From: an uncultured Christensenella sp. | GTDB taxonomy: Bacteria > Bacillota > Clostridia > Christensenellales > UBA1242 | Length of the DNA: 64,000 nt | Reading direction: 5' to 3' | Assembly: GCA_949293905.1 (NCBI GenBank) | Contig: CASFFG010000002.1 | Coordinates: 12,153-76,152 of the forward strand | In this document: one piece after another, positions 1-7,979 of the stretch | Layout: every line of letters begins with the position of its first letter | Position numbering within the stretch: position 1 is the stretch's first letter | The notes under the pieces: generated by a model | The model's input: the letters and a program-made list of their open reading frames with translations, nothing else | The model's database searches: none | Told to the model about the DNA's origin: nothing | Program-made: the position numbers and the translations under genes

Positions 1-123
1 GATTATCCAGGTTTTGCCTTTAAGCTCTGCACCTTTTACCCTGCCTTGCTGGCAGTAGTTACGGACTGACCTCTCGCTTATATTCCACTTTTTAGCAATC
101 TCGCTGGCTGTTAAAAATCCCAT
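1..123 (-). CDS. Helix-turn-helix DNA-binding protein (MerR/excisionase-like HTH), N-terminal part only; gene continues past the left window edge
   Basis: Minus-strand ATG at 121-123 and open frame to position 1. Hand translation is MGFLTASEIAKKWNISERSVRNYCQQGRVKGAELKGKTWII, the pattern of short HTH proteins common on Firmicute mobile elements. Absent from the ORF track because it is truncated. Confidence 0.5.
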   Translation of the reverse strand, partial: MGFLTASEIAKKWNISERSVRNYCQQGRVKGAELKGKTWII

Positions 124-196
124 TACAATAATACCTCATTTTTAGTTCTATTCAAATTATAGCCAATATCGGCAAATAAGTCAACAAATTTACAAA

Positions 197-224
197 ATAA
201 AAATTGCCGCTATCGGCAATTTTT
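197..224 (-). terminator. Rho-independent terminator downstream of the HEPN-like gene
   Basis: Stem ATTGCCG (203-209) / CGGCAAT (214-220) with a 4-nt loop. A-run on the plus strand gives a T-run on the minus strand immediately after the stem. Confidence 0.55.
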
Positions 225-382
225 ATTTATCGCTATCTTCTTATACCTAACAATCTTTTTAATTGTTGTAGTTCTAAATCAATATTATGTATTATTATAT
301 TTTTTTCAGTTACATTATATTTAATTTTATTTAAACTTCTTAAACATTCATAAATAAAATTAAATTCATTAAACGAATAGTA

Positions 383-970
383 TCACTCACTTGGAACTAT
401 AATATTACTAATTAATTCAATCAAATATATATAAATTAAAATAATAGTATTAGATACTTCAATAAATTCATCATTTTTTAGTGACCTCATTGCAAGACTT
501 ACTTCTTCCATTGCATTGTAATCATCATCGCTATGAGCAATATATTTATCTCTCAATGTTTTTAATATTATTATAAAATCTTTCTTTTTATCTAGCCAGA
601 TCTCTACATCTTTTATAAATTTTTCAAAAAGGTTCTTATCATTTTCATCTTCAATTTTTTCTTTTATATCTTTCATAATTTTATCTATTGAAATTTTACT
701 ATTTAGTCTACAATCAATCAATTTACAAAGATCTAAGATTGCTTCATTATAAAAAATTAGAGTTATTCTTCTTGGAAAATTAGGAAAAACTCTACAATAA
801 AACATATAAAAATTAAACTTGTCTGCCAAGTCATCAATCACATTAATTACATGACTAATCCATCTTGGACGCCTTTTTCTTTGGTTTAAATTTTTAATGA
901 TATTTGTCGACACTGTCTTTAATAGTCCAAGGCTTCTTAAACTGTGACCTGCTTCTATGAAATATTCCAT
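383..970 (-). CDS. HEPN-like protein (R-x5-H motif), possible AbiU2/AbiV-type abortive-infection protein
   Basis: ORF track 383..1006. Preferred start is ATG 968-970, preceded by the AAAGAGGTGG Shine-Dalgarno. Contains LRDKYIAHSD, which fits the HEPN Rx4-6H catalytic signature. Family assignment rests on this motif and size (195 aa) only. Confidence 0.4.
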   Translation of the reverse strand: MEYFIEAGHSLRSLGLLKTVSTNIIKNLNQRKRRPRWISHVINVIDDLADKFNFYMFYCRVFPNFPRRITLIFYNEAILDLCKLIDCRLNSKISIDKIMKDIKEKIEDENDKNLFEKFIKDVEIWLDKKKDFIIILKTLRDKYIAHSDDDYNAMEEVSLAMRSLKNDEFIEVSNTIILIYIYLIELISNIIVPSE

Positions 971-1267
971 AAACCACCTCTTTAATATTATAATATATAA
1001 TTTCATTCAAATCAATCCATCTATTCCACATAAAACCCATAGGCGAACAAGTGCCTATATGTAATTATCTCAAGAGTTGGGATGTAGTCAATGAACTTGA
1101 TGTGGTTTGAAAATTTTTGAATAATGAGTGTCGACTTTTTGTTTTGGGCTTCGGGTCTTCCCTTTTTCTTATTTCTGGTTTCAACCTTATCATTTACAGT
1201 TCCAGTTTTGCAAGTTTTGGTTTCAACCTCTCCTTTTTCAAGGTTGTCTTTTGTTATTTTTGCAAAA

Positions 1268-1419
1268 GGTTCGAATTCAGGTGCGTTTGCGCCATTTTCG
1301 AATTGACATTTTGAACCATATGGTTGAGCACTCTGAAGGAACCCTCTTGAGTTCGAATTTTTATTGGCAGGTTCGAATTTAGGTGCGCTTGCGCCATTTT
1401 CGAATTGACATTTCGAACC
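1268..1419. repeat. Pair of 50-bp direct repeats, each an internal palindrome (GGTTCGAA ... TTCGAACC)
   Basis: Copy A 1268-1317 and copy B 1370-1419 match at 47/50 positions, 102 bp apart. Each copy is bounded by inverted 8-mers (copy A right arm is TTTGAACC). A third partial GTTCGAATTT lies at 1351-1360. Confidence 0.85.
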
Positions 1420-1433
1420 ATAGGGGGGCATTT

Positions 1434-1460
1434 ACAAAAAAACTAGCATAATATTGCTAG
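1434..1460 (-). terminator. Rho-independent terminator of the small membrane protein gene
   Basis: Stem CTAGCA (1443-1448) / TGCTAG (1455-1460) with a 6-nt loop, followed on the minus strand by a T8 run (plus-strand A-run 1434-1442). Confidence 0.65.
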
Positions 1461-1479
1461 TTTTTAATTTGCCATTTTA

Positions 1480-1812
1480 TTAACCAATAACCAATGGTAC
1501 GATTATACCTGCGATGACGATTAAAAGGCAAACGAAATATAATACCTTCCAAACCATTTGTTTAGGACGCACATACTTCCATGCAAGAATAGAAACTATT
1601 ACTATCATGATAGCAGTAGCAATACCTTGCAATACGCCAACCACAGTAGCACTAACTCCGCAAGCAGACAAAATCAAAGCAATAGCGTAAAGAACAGTCG
1701 TAGCAACTATTGTCCAAAAAGAAATCTTATTTAGGCTCCAAACTGAACTCCTAGAACTAGAAGATTTTGTAGTTGTAGTTTTTGTACTCTTTGTATTTTT
1801 TGTATTAGCCAT
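1480..1812 (-). CDS. Small integral membrane protein, function unknown
   Basis: ORF track 1480..1830. Preferred start is ATG 1810-1812, preceded by AAGGGAGAAG. The N-terminus is rich in K, T and S, followed by about three hydrophobic helices. Confidence 0.6.
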   Translation of the reverse strand: MANTKNTKSTKTTTTKSSSSRSSVWSLNKISFWTIVATTVLYAIALILSACGVSATVVGVLQGIATAIMIVIVSILAWKYVRPKQMVWKVLYFVCLLIVIAGIIVPLVIG

Positions 1813-1990
1813 ACTCTTCTCCCTTATCAATTTTTTATAATTTTAATGAATAGAAAATTAAATGTCAAATATTTTTTAAAATTTTTCTCAAAAATTTTCT
1901 TTTTTTATTGATTTTTAATAATTTTTCTAAAATTTTCGTAAATATTATGGTCTTTTAATTGGATTTTAACTTTTAGGAACGTTATCGTTT

Positions 1991-2656
1991 CTACAATAAT
2001 TCGTTTTCTAAATCGATTAAATCGTCTGTAATAATCACCTTATTCCAAATTTTAGAATCATTCTCATTAGTTTCGGTTGGGTTAATACATATAGTTTTCA
2101 CTCCCGCCGTGTAGACATATTCATCATTTACGCTATTACCAACAAAACATATTTCTTCTGGTTTTAAATTTTTAGTTTTGCACAATTCTTCAACATACTT
2201 TGCCTTACCTTCATAGTCATATTTCGTGCCGACAATTTTTATGAGTTCTCCATTTTTACCAAACACAAAATCATTTGCACTAATTCTTTCAATGTAAACT
2301 AAACTATCGTGTAGCACGCTTTCTATCACATCAACTATATTTCCGCTAACAATATGAATCTTCTTCCCAGATTTGTACAAGTGCTCTATCAACTCGCGTG
2401 CATTTTTCATGAGTTCCACATTTCTAACGAGTTCGTCAAAAATGGTTTTATTAAAATTTCTTTTATTGAACGCCTTTAATGTCAGGTCGCACCATTCGGC
2501 GTGTGTAATTTTCTTTTCCATGAAAGATTTGTATAGAAAATAATAGTACGAATTTTTATCCGTACTATACTGGAGTCTATTCCAAATTTCGCGCCAAAAA
2601 TTCCCTTTCTTTTTAGTTAGTGTCCCGTCAAAATCGAATATTATATACTTTATCAT
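1991..2656 (-). CDS. HAD-superfamily hydrolase (HAD-IB / phosphoserine-phosphatase-like)
   Basis: N-terminal FDFDGTLT (DxDGT motif I) and C-terminal GNSVNDEY (motif IV) in the 221-aa ORF. Confidence 0.8.
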   Translation of the reverse strand: MIKYIIFDFDGTLTKKKGNFWREIWNRLQYSTDKNSYYYFLYKSFMEKKITHAEWCDLTLKAFNKRNFNKTIFDELVRNVELMKNARELIEHLYKSGKKIHIVSGNIVDVIESVLHDSLVYIERISANDFVFGKNGELIKIVGTKYDYEGKAKYVEELCKTKNLKPEEICFVGNSVNDEYVYTAGVKTICINPTETNENDSKIWNKVIITDDLIDLENELL

Positions 2657-2703
2657 ATTTATACCTGATACTTAATTTTAACGAGATTGAAATTAGTTGT
2701 CAA

Positions 2704-3459
2704 TTATTTCGTTTCATTGACAACTTGGAGTATCGCATTAAAAACACCAAACGCATTAGGTATTCCAACATATGGCAAACATTGCATAATTATTGCGCAT
2801 TGCTCCTCTAGGCTCGTACCTAATTTTAAGTTGCCTAGAACATGAGATTTCAGCGGACCAGTTTGACCGATTGCAGTTAAGATACATAGCACTAATTGCT
2901 CGCGAGTCTTTATATCTAAACCCTCTCTCGTGTAAAAATCTCCAAAACCTAACTCGGTTAAGAAATTCGATAACGTTTCTCCCATATTGTTTGGAAGTGG
3001 CTTATATCTTTCACTTATCTCGTTTCCGTAAATAGGATTTTGTATATTAAAGCCCTTTTCGTACCTATCCTTTTCAGTTACCGTTCCCGTGCTTTTTAGT
3101 GGCAACGCAATGCCCTTTTCTTTAAACACTGTGTTAATAACATCTATAGAATTTAATGTACGCGGGAAGCCTATAAATGGTGCGCATTGATAAATCGCTT
3201 CCCTTATTTCAATCGGTGTTGCCCCAACCTGCAAACATGCGTAGGTGTGTGACTTTAATTGTGGGAGCGCTTGTATACTCGACAAAACAGTAATCGTTAT
3301 TATTTCGCGCATTTTATTTGTTAATGTCCCAACCTTACTTACTTCGCCAAAAATAAATTTTTACAATATATCCATAAATTCAGGGTCAGTAGGACTAGGT
3401 GTCCTAACAGAGCCGAAGAGTTCTAAAAACTGTTCATTACAAATTTTTTCTCTATCCAT
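2704..3459 (-). pseudogene. Carboxymuconolactone decarboxylase (CMD/AhpD-like) family gene interrupted by one in-frame TAA
   Basis: The ORF track shows only 2704..3312. Reading further upstream in the same frame gives ATG 3457-3459 with a TAAGGAGAAT Shine-Dalgarno. That frame reads MDREKICNEQFLELFGSVRTPSPTDPEFMDIL-TAA(3361-3363)-KFIFGEVSKVGTLTNKMREI..., a contiguous CMD-family N-terminus. Total length is 756 nt, or 252 codons. Confidence 0.7.
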
Positions 3460-3792
3460 AATTCTCCTTACAATATATAATTGTGAATTTTTAAAAGTAA
3501 AATAAAATGTAGATTTTTTAAATTAAACTTTAATAAAAATTAATTAAAAATACAAAAAATTTTAAAAATTCTAATAAAAATGTTAAATTTTTAATGAAAA
3601 ACGCGTAAATTTTTGAATTTTTTAAAAATTTTTATTAATTTTTGTCTTTATTATTAATTTAAATTTTTATTTCAGCGGATTACTATTTTTAATTTTGTTT
3701 AGATCTCAAAGTCATATCATTAATCCACAAACTTTTATTTCTTCTTTCTTATTTTTCCTGAGTTATTAACTCGGTTTGTTATTTTTTCTTTC

Positions 3793-4218
3793 TTATTTTA
3801 ATTTTTTGTATTCTTCATCGCTTACTGGTTCGCACCAAACATTGCTAGTTTCAACTCCCGGAATTTCAATTGCAAGATGAGAGAACCAACCGTCCTTTGT
3901 TGCACCATGCCAATGTTTTACATTTGCTGGAATGTAAACTACATCTCCTTCACTAAGATATTGTGCAGGTTTACCAACTTCTTGATACCAGCCATGTCCA
4001 CCAACGCAAATGAGCATTTGTCCACCACCAGACTTCGCTTTATGGATATGCCAATTATTCCTGCAACCTGGTTCAAAAGTCACATTAGCGATAAAAAGCG
4101 AATCTCCTGGTTTTGTTAGTGGATTGAGATACGACTGCCCGATAAAATATTGCTGATAAGCCGTGTTAGGTTGACCTAAACCGAACATTCCACCTTTCTT
4201 AATTTCATTATCTTTCAT
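3793..4218 (-). CDS. Cupin domain protein
   Basis: The 141-aa ORF contains NNWHIHKA...GGQMLICVGGHGWYQE...GDVVYIPANVKHWHGA, the two His-containing cupin motifs. Shine-Dalgarno AAGGGGGAA precedes the ATG. Confidence 0.8.
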   Translation of the reverse strand: MKDNEIKKGGMFGLGQPNTAYQQYFIGQSYLNPLTKPGDSLFIANVTFEPGCRNNWHIHKAKSGGGQMLICVGGHGWYQEVGKPAQYLSEGDVVYIPANVKHWHGATKDGWFSHLAIEIPGVETSNVWCEPVSDEEYKKLK

Positions 4219-4241
4219 AATTTCCCCCTTTTATTAGATTT

Positions 4242-4272
4242 AGTTTATCACTTGGAGTCCGCTCCAAGTCAA
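4242..4272 (-). promoter_or_regulatory. MerR-type promoter with 19-bp spacer and embedded palindrome, upstream of the cupin gene
   Basis: Minus-strand reading is TTGACT (4267-4272), the 19-nt spacer TGGAGCGGACTCCAAGTGA, then TAAACT (4242-4247). The spacer carries the inverted repeat ACTTGGAG/CTCCAAGT. It is nearly identical to the site at 42804-42834. Confidence 0.6.
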
Positions 4273-4302
4273 ATGTTTTTAATACATTTTTAAAAATTTT
4301 TA

Positions 4303-4368
4303 ATTTTGAAAACTTAGGTTTTGGAAAATTTTACAATTTTGAAAACTTAGGTTTTGGAAAATTTTACA
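4303..4368. repeat. Perfect 33-bp tandem duplication (2 copies plus partial third)
   Basis: ATTTTGAAAACTTAGGTTTTGGAAAATTTTACA occurs at 4303-4335 and again at 4336-4368, followed by AATTTTC. Located between the cupin promoter and the secA promoter. Confidence 0.85.
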
Positions 4369-4468
4369 ATTTTCTACAAAATTATTGCTTTTTCTTTTCT
4401 TTCAAATAGTAGACAAATTCATTATAATTTGTTAATATATACTAGATATTAAATTAGAGGAATTTTTT

Positions 4469-7168
4469 ATGGGATTATTTTCTTACCTATTTGCGTCTGA
4501 CAACAAGCGCAGTTTAAACAAAATCGAAAAAATCGTTAAAGTTATTGAGTCTAAGGCGGATATGTACGCCAACATGACTGACGACGAATTACAGGCTCAA
4601 ACTCCTATCCTTAAAGATAGATTAAGTGCAGGAGAAACACTTGACCAAATTTTACCTGACGCTTTTGCTCTCGTTCGTGAAGCAAGCACGCGTGTCCTTG
4701 GTCAAAGACATTTCCATGTACAATTAATTGGTGGAATTGTTTTACATCAAGGCCGTATCGCTGAAATGCGCACTGGTGAAGGTAAAACGCTTACCGCTAC
4801 AACCGCGGTTTATTTAAACGCATTGACTGGAAAAAATGTACATGTAATTACGGTAAACGAATATCTTGCTAAAACTCAAGCCGAACAAATGGGAAAACTA
4901 TATAAGTTTTTAGGACTCACTATAGGGGTCACTCTTTCTGGGCAATCGCCAGAAGAAAAACACCACGCTTACGAGTGCGACATAACCTATGGCACAAATA
5001 ATGAGTTTGGTTTTGATTATCTTCGCGACAATATGCAAGTTGACAATAAATATAAAGTTCAACGCGGGCATAATTTCTGTATAGTGGACGAGGTGGATTC
5101 AATTCTCATCGATGAGGCGCGTACTCCACTTATTATTTCAGGTCCGGGCGGGAAAACAAGCGAATTATATACTCTTGCGAACACTTTTGCAAAACGCTTA
5201 AAAGATGAAGATGTGGACATCGACATTAAGCGCAAGCAAATTCGTCTAACTGAATCGGGTGTAAATAAAGCAGAAACTTTCTTTAAATTAGAAAATCTAA
5301 GCGATATTAACAACCTTGAAATAAATCACCATATCAACAATGCACTCCGCGCAAATTACATCATGAAGCGCGATATAAACTACATCGTTAAAAATGACGA
5401 AATTTTAATTGTCGATGAATTCACTGGTCGTGTTATGTCTGGAAGAAGATATTCGGACGGATTGCACCAAGCGATTGAAGCAAAAGAAGGCGTTAAAATT
5501 AAAGACGAGAATAAGACTCTCGCTACCATCACGCTTCAAAACTACTTTAAGTTGTACTCAAAACTAAGCGGTATGACTGGTACTGCTAAGACAGAAGAGA
5601 GCGAATTCAATAAGATATATAATCTCGATGTCGTTACTATTCCTACTAACCTACCTGTTCAGCGAATTGACGAGCAAGACATGGTTTTCTATACCGAAGA
5701 AGCAAAATTAAAGGCGATTGTAGAAGAAATTAAATCTAAGTACGAAAAAGGTCAACCTATCCTTGTCGGTACAGCGTCTGTTGAAAAATCCGAGCGAATT
5801 AGTAAAGAAATTAAAAAATTAGGTATTCCGCACAATCTATTGAACGCAAAAAATCATGAATTGGAGAGCCAAATCGTTGCTCAATCTGGTCGTGTAGGTC
5901 AAGTTACTATTGCAACAAACATGGCAGGTCGTGGTACAGATATTTTGCTCGGCGGTAATCCTGAATTCTTAGCAAAACAAAAACTTATAAATGAAAATGT
6001 TGAACCGGCTGTCATTGAAAAAGTTACCACCTACAACTCCACTCTAACAGAAGAAGAGCAAGCAATAAAAGAAAAATTCGATAAATATTTTGCTGAATTT
6101 AAAGCTATTACGGACGAAGAAAAGAAGAAAGTTATCGAACTCGGTGGACTTCACATTTTGGGTACTGAGCGTCATGAATCTCGTCGAATAGATAATCAGT
6201 TGCGTGGTCGTGCTGGGCGTCAAGGCGACCCTGGTTCGAGCATATTCTTCATTTCATTTGAAGACGACCTCCCACAGCGCTTTGGCGAAGACAGAATGAA
6301 GAGTTGGTTCTCGCTTGCTTTCAAAGGCAACGAAGATATGCCACTTCAATCTAGAATACTAACAAAGTTCTTCGAAAGTGCGCAAAAGAAAGTCGAAGCG
6401 ATGAATTTCAGCATACGAAAGAACTTGCTTGAATATGATGATGTTCTCAACAAACAACGACAAATCATATATGGAGAGCGCGATAAAGTGCTTGATGGCG
6501 TAGATATTCATGCTCAAATTCTAGAGATGATGAAAGAATATGTCTTTGATTTATGCTCGGCATATCTAGACGAAAATAAACCTAGTTATGAGTGGGAATT
6601 AGAGCCTGTAAATAAGGCGCTTGAAGATAAACTCCTTGATAAAGGTACTAACCTTATCACAAGTGAATTTGTGGAAGATAAAGATTTAAATCAAGTTAGC
6701 CAGGCTGTATACGACTACATCGTCGAAATTTATGAAAAGAAAATTGCAGAACTTAAGAAATTGGGATTAGATTTCTCAATCATTGAGCGCGATAGATTGC
6801 TTAGAGTCGTTGATAAATTCTGGACTGACCACATTGATGCTATGAACACTCTTCGCAACGAAATTGGAATACTAGCATATGGGCAAAAAGACCCTATTAT
6901 CGCGTATAAAAATCAGGGCTTTGAGATGTTCGACAAGATGATTTCGGATATCCGTGAATACACCGCTTCCGCCCTATTTAGAACACAGGTAAAAGTAAAT
7001 ATCGTACCTGCTCGTCCTAAGGGTCCTGTCGCTATGGGAAATGTAAATAAGAGCGAAAACATGAGCGCCAGACGCAATAACGCGCACATAGGTCGTAACG
7101 ATTTATGCCCATGCGGTAGCGGAAAGAAATACAAAAACTGCTGTATGAATAAAGATAATAAAAATTAA
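4469..7168 (+). CDS. secA: Preprotein translocase ATPase SecA
   Basis: 899 aa. Contains the MRTGEGKT Walker A, DEVDSILIDEARTPLIISG and TNMAGRGTDI motifs, and the C-terminal zinc motif CPCGSGKKYKNCC. Confidence 0.98.
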   Translation: MGLFSYLFASDNKRSLNKIEKIVKVIESKADMYANMTDDELQAQTPILKDRLSAGETLDQILPDAFALVREASTRVLGQRHFHVQLIGGIVLHQGRIAEMRTGEGKTLTATTAVYLNALTGKNVHVITVNEYLAKTQAEQMGKLYKFLGLTIGVTLSGQSPEEKHHAYECDITYGTNNEFGFDYLRDNMQVDNKYKVQRGHNFCIVDEVDSILIDEARTPLIISGPGGKTSELYTLANTFAKRLKDEDVDIDIKRKQIRLTESGVNKAETFFKLENLSDINNLEINHHINNALRANYIMKRDINYIVKNDEILIVDEFTGRVMSGRRYSDGLHQAIEAKEGVKIKDENKTLATITLQNYFKLYSKLSGMTGTAKTEESEFNKIYNLDVVTIPTNLPVQRIDEQDMVFYTEEAKLKAIVEEIKSKYEKGQPILVGTASVEKSERISKEIKKLGIPHNLLNAKNHELESQIVAQSGRVGQVTIATNMAGRGTDILLGGNPEFLAKQKLINENVEPAVIEKVTTYNSTLTEEEQAIKEKFDKYFAEFKAITDEEKKKVIELGGLHILGTERHESRRIDNQLRGRAGRQGDPGSSIFFISFEDDLPQRFGEDRMKSWFSLAFKGNEDMPLQSRILTKFFESAQKKVEAMNFSIRKNLLEYDDVLNKQRQIIYGERDKVLDGVDIHAQILEMMKEYVFDLCSAYLDENKPSYEWELEPVNKALEDKLLDKGTNLITSEFVEDKDLNQVSQAVYDYIVEIYEKKIAELKKLGLDFSIIERDRLLRVVDKFWTDHIDAMNTLRNEIGILAYGQKDPIIAYKNQGFEMFDKMISDIREYTASALFRTQVKVNIVPARPKGPVAMGNVNKSENMSARRNNAHIGRNDLCPCGSGKKYKNCCMNKDNKN

Positions 7169-7201
7169 TTCAATTTTAATTAAGAATAAGGAACACACTT
7201 T

Positions 7202-7660
7202 ATGAACATCTCAGTTAGAAAAGCAACATTTAACGATATTGATAATGGCTTGTTCTCCGCCTTTATTGAAGGGTACAGGCACCATCAAAATGGGCGACCT
7301 GACAGGTTTAAAGATTTATCTAATGATGTGCTAAAAAAGGAATTAATAGATAATTTCGATAGTATTTCTATTATTGTAGCGCTAAATGACGAAAAGGTAG
7401 TCGGTTATTTAAAGTACAATGTAGCGGAAAAATCCGTAAGAAAATTATTTATCGAGCAGTTCGCAATCATTAAAGATTTTCGCGGAAAAGGAATTGGAAA
7501 AATTCTCATGCAAGAAGTAAAAAATATTGCAATAAAAAATAATTGTGATAGAATTGAACTAGATTGCTGGACTTTCAATAAAGATGCAATTTCTATGTAC
7601 GAACACATGGGATTTACTAAACAGCGAATTCGATTTGAATTCCCGTTAAAAGACAATTAG
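7202..7660 (+). CDS. GNAT-family N-acetyltransferase
   Basis: 152 aa with the acetyl-CoA motif RGKGIGKILM and the typical C-terminal A..(M)YE..GF. Confidence 0.85.
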   Translation: MNISVRKATFNDIDNGLFSAFIEGYRHHQNGRPDRFKDLSNDVLKKELIDNFDSISIIVALNDEKVVGYLKYNVAEKSVRKLFIEQFAIIKDFRGKGIGKILMQEVKNIAIKNNCDRIELDCWTFNKDAISMYEHMGFTKQRIRFEFPLKDN

Positions 7661-7669
7661 TTCTATATC

Positions 7670-7702
7670 AAAAAATCGCTAAGGATATTTAGCGATTTTT
7701 TG
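7670..7702. terminator. Bidirectional terminator between the GNAT and XRE genes
   Basis: Stem ATCGCTA (7675-7681) / TAGCGAT (7690-7696), flanked by A5 upstream and T6 downstream. It overlaps the stop codon of the convergent XRE gene. Confidence 0.7.
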
Positions 7703-7898
7703 TTTCACTCTCTTCTCCCGTAATTAGATATTCAATAGAAACTTTAAAATATCTACTCATATCGAGCAGAAGTTTTAAACTCGGCTCTCGCTTCCCGTTT
7801 TCGTAATATGAAAGGGCTTCGCGTGAAATATTTAAATCAATAGCAACTTTTTGCTGATTTAAACCCAATTTTTTACGAATTTCTTTTAACCCCTTCAT
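7689..7898 (-). CDS. XRE-family HTH transcriptional regulator
   Basis: 69 aa. IRKKLGLNQQKVAIDLNISREALSYYENGKREPSLKLLLDMSRYFKVSIEYL is a canonical Cro/C1-type HTH. Confidence 0.8.
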   Translation of the reverse strand: MKGLKEIRKKLGLNQQKVAIDLNISREALSYYENGKREPSLKLLLDMSRYFKVSIEYLITGEESETKNR

Positions 7899-7916
7899 AA
7901 AAAGTAAAATTTTCCC

Positions 7917-7967
7917 TTGACATTATTGTAACATTTTGTTTATATTAATATATAATAGTATGTTACA
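7917..7967. promoter_or_regulatory. Divergent promoter region with candidate XRE operator (inverted repeat)
   Basis: TTGACA at 7917-7922. TATATT and TATAAT -10-like hexamers lie at 7941-7946 and 7951-7956. Inverted repeat TGTAACAT (7927-7934) / ATGTTACA (7960-7967). Confidence 0.4.
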
Positions 7968-7979
7968 TAAGGAGAACAT

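Noticed and set aside
1268-1419. Possible tRNA 3'-end-derived att sites (TTCGAA T-loop-like and GCGCCA acceptor-like strings inside the repeats).
   Set aside because: The flanking bases do not form a T-stem or acceptor stem. They do not match the 3' ends of any of the three tRNAs in the window. The resemblance is too short to support.
1021-1431. 136-aa minus-strand ORF (and three overlapping plus-strand ORFs) covering the 50-bp repeats.
   Set aside because: The ATG sits immediately after the terminator hairpin of the upstream gene and has no Shine-Dalgarno. The repeated peptide (PYGSKCQFENGA.AP.FEP) simply mirrors the DNA repeat. The plus-strand ORFs overlap one another in all frames. The region is treated as non-coding repeat DNA pending comparative evidence.
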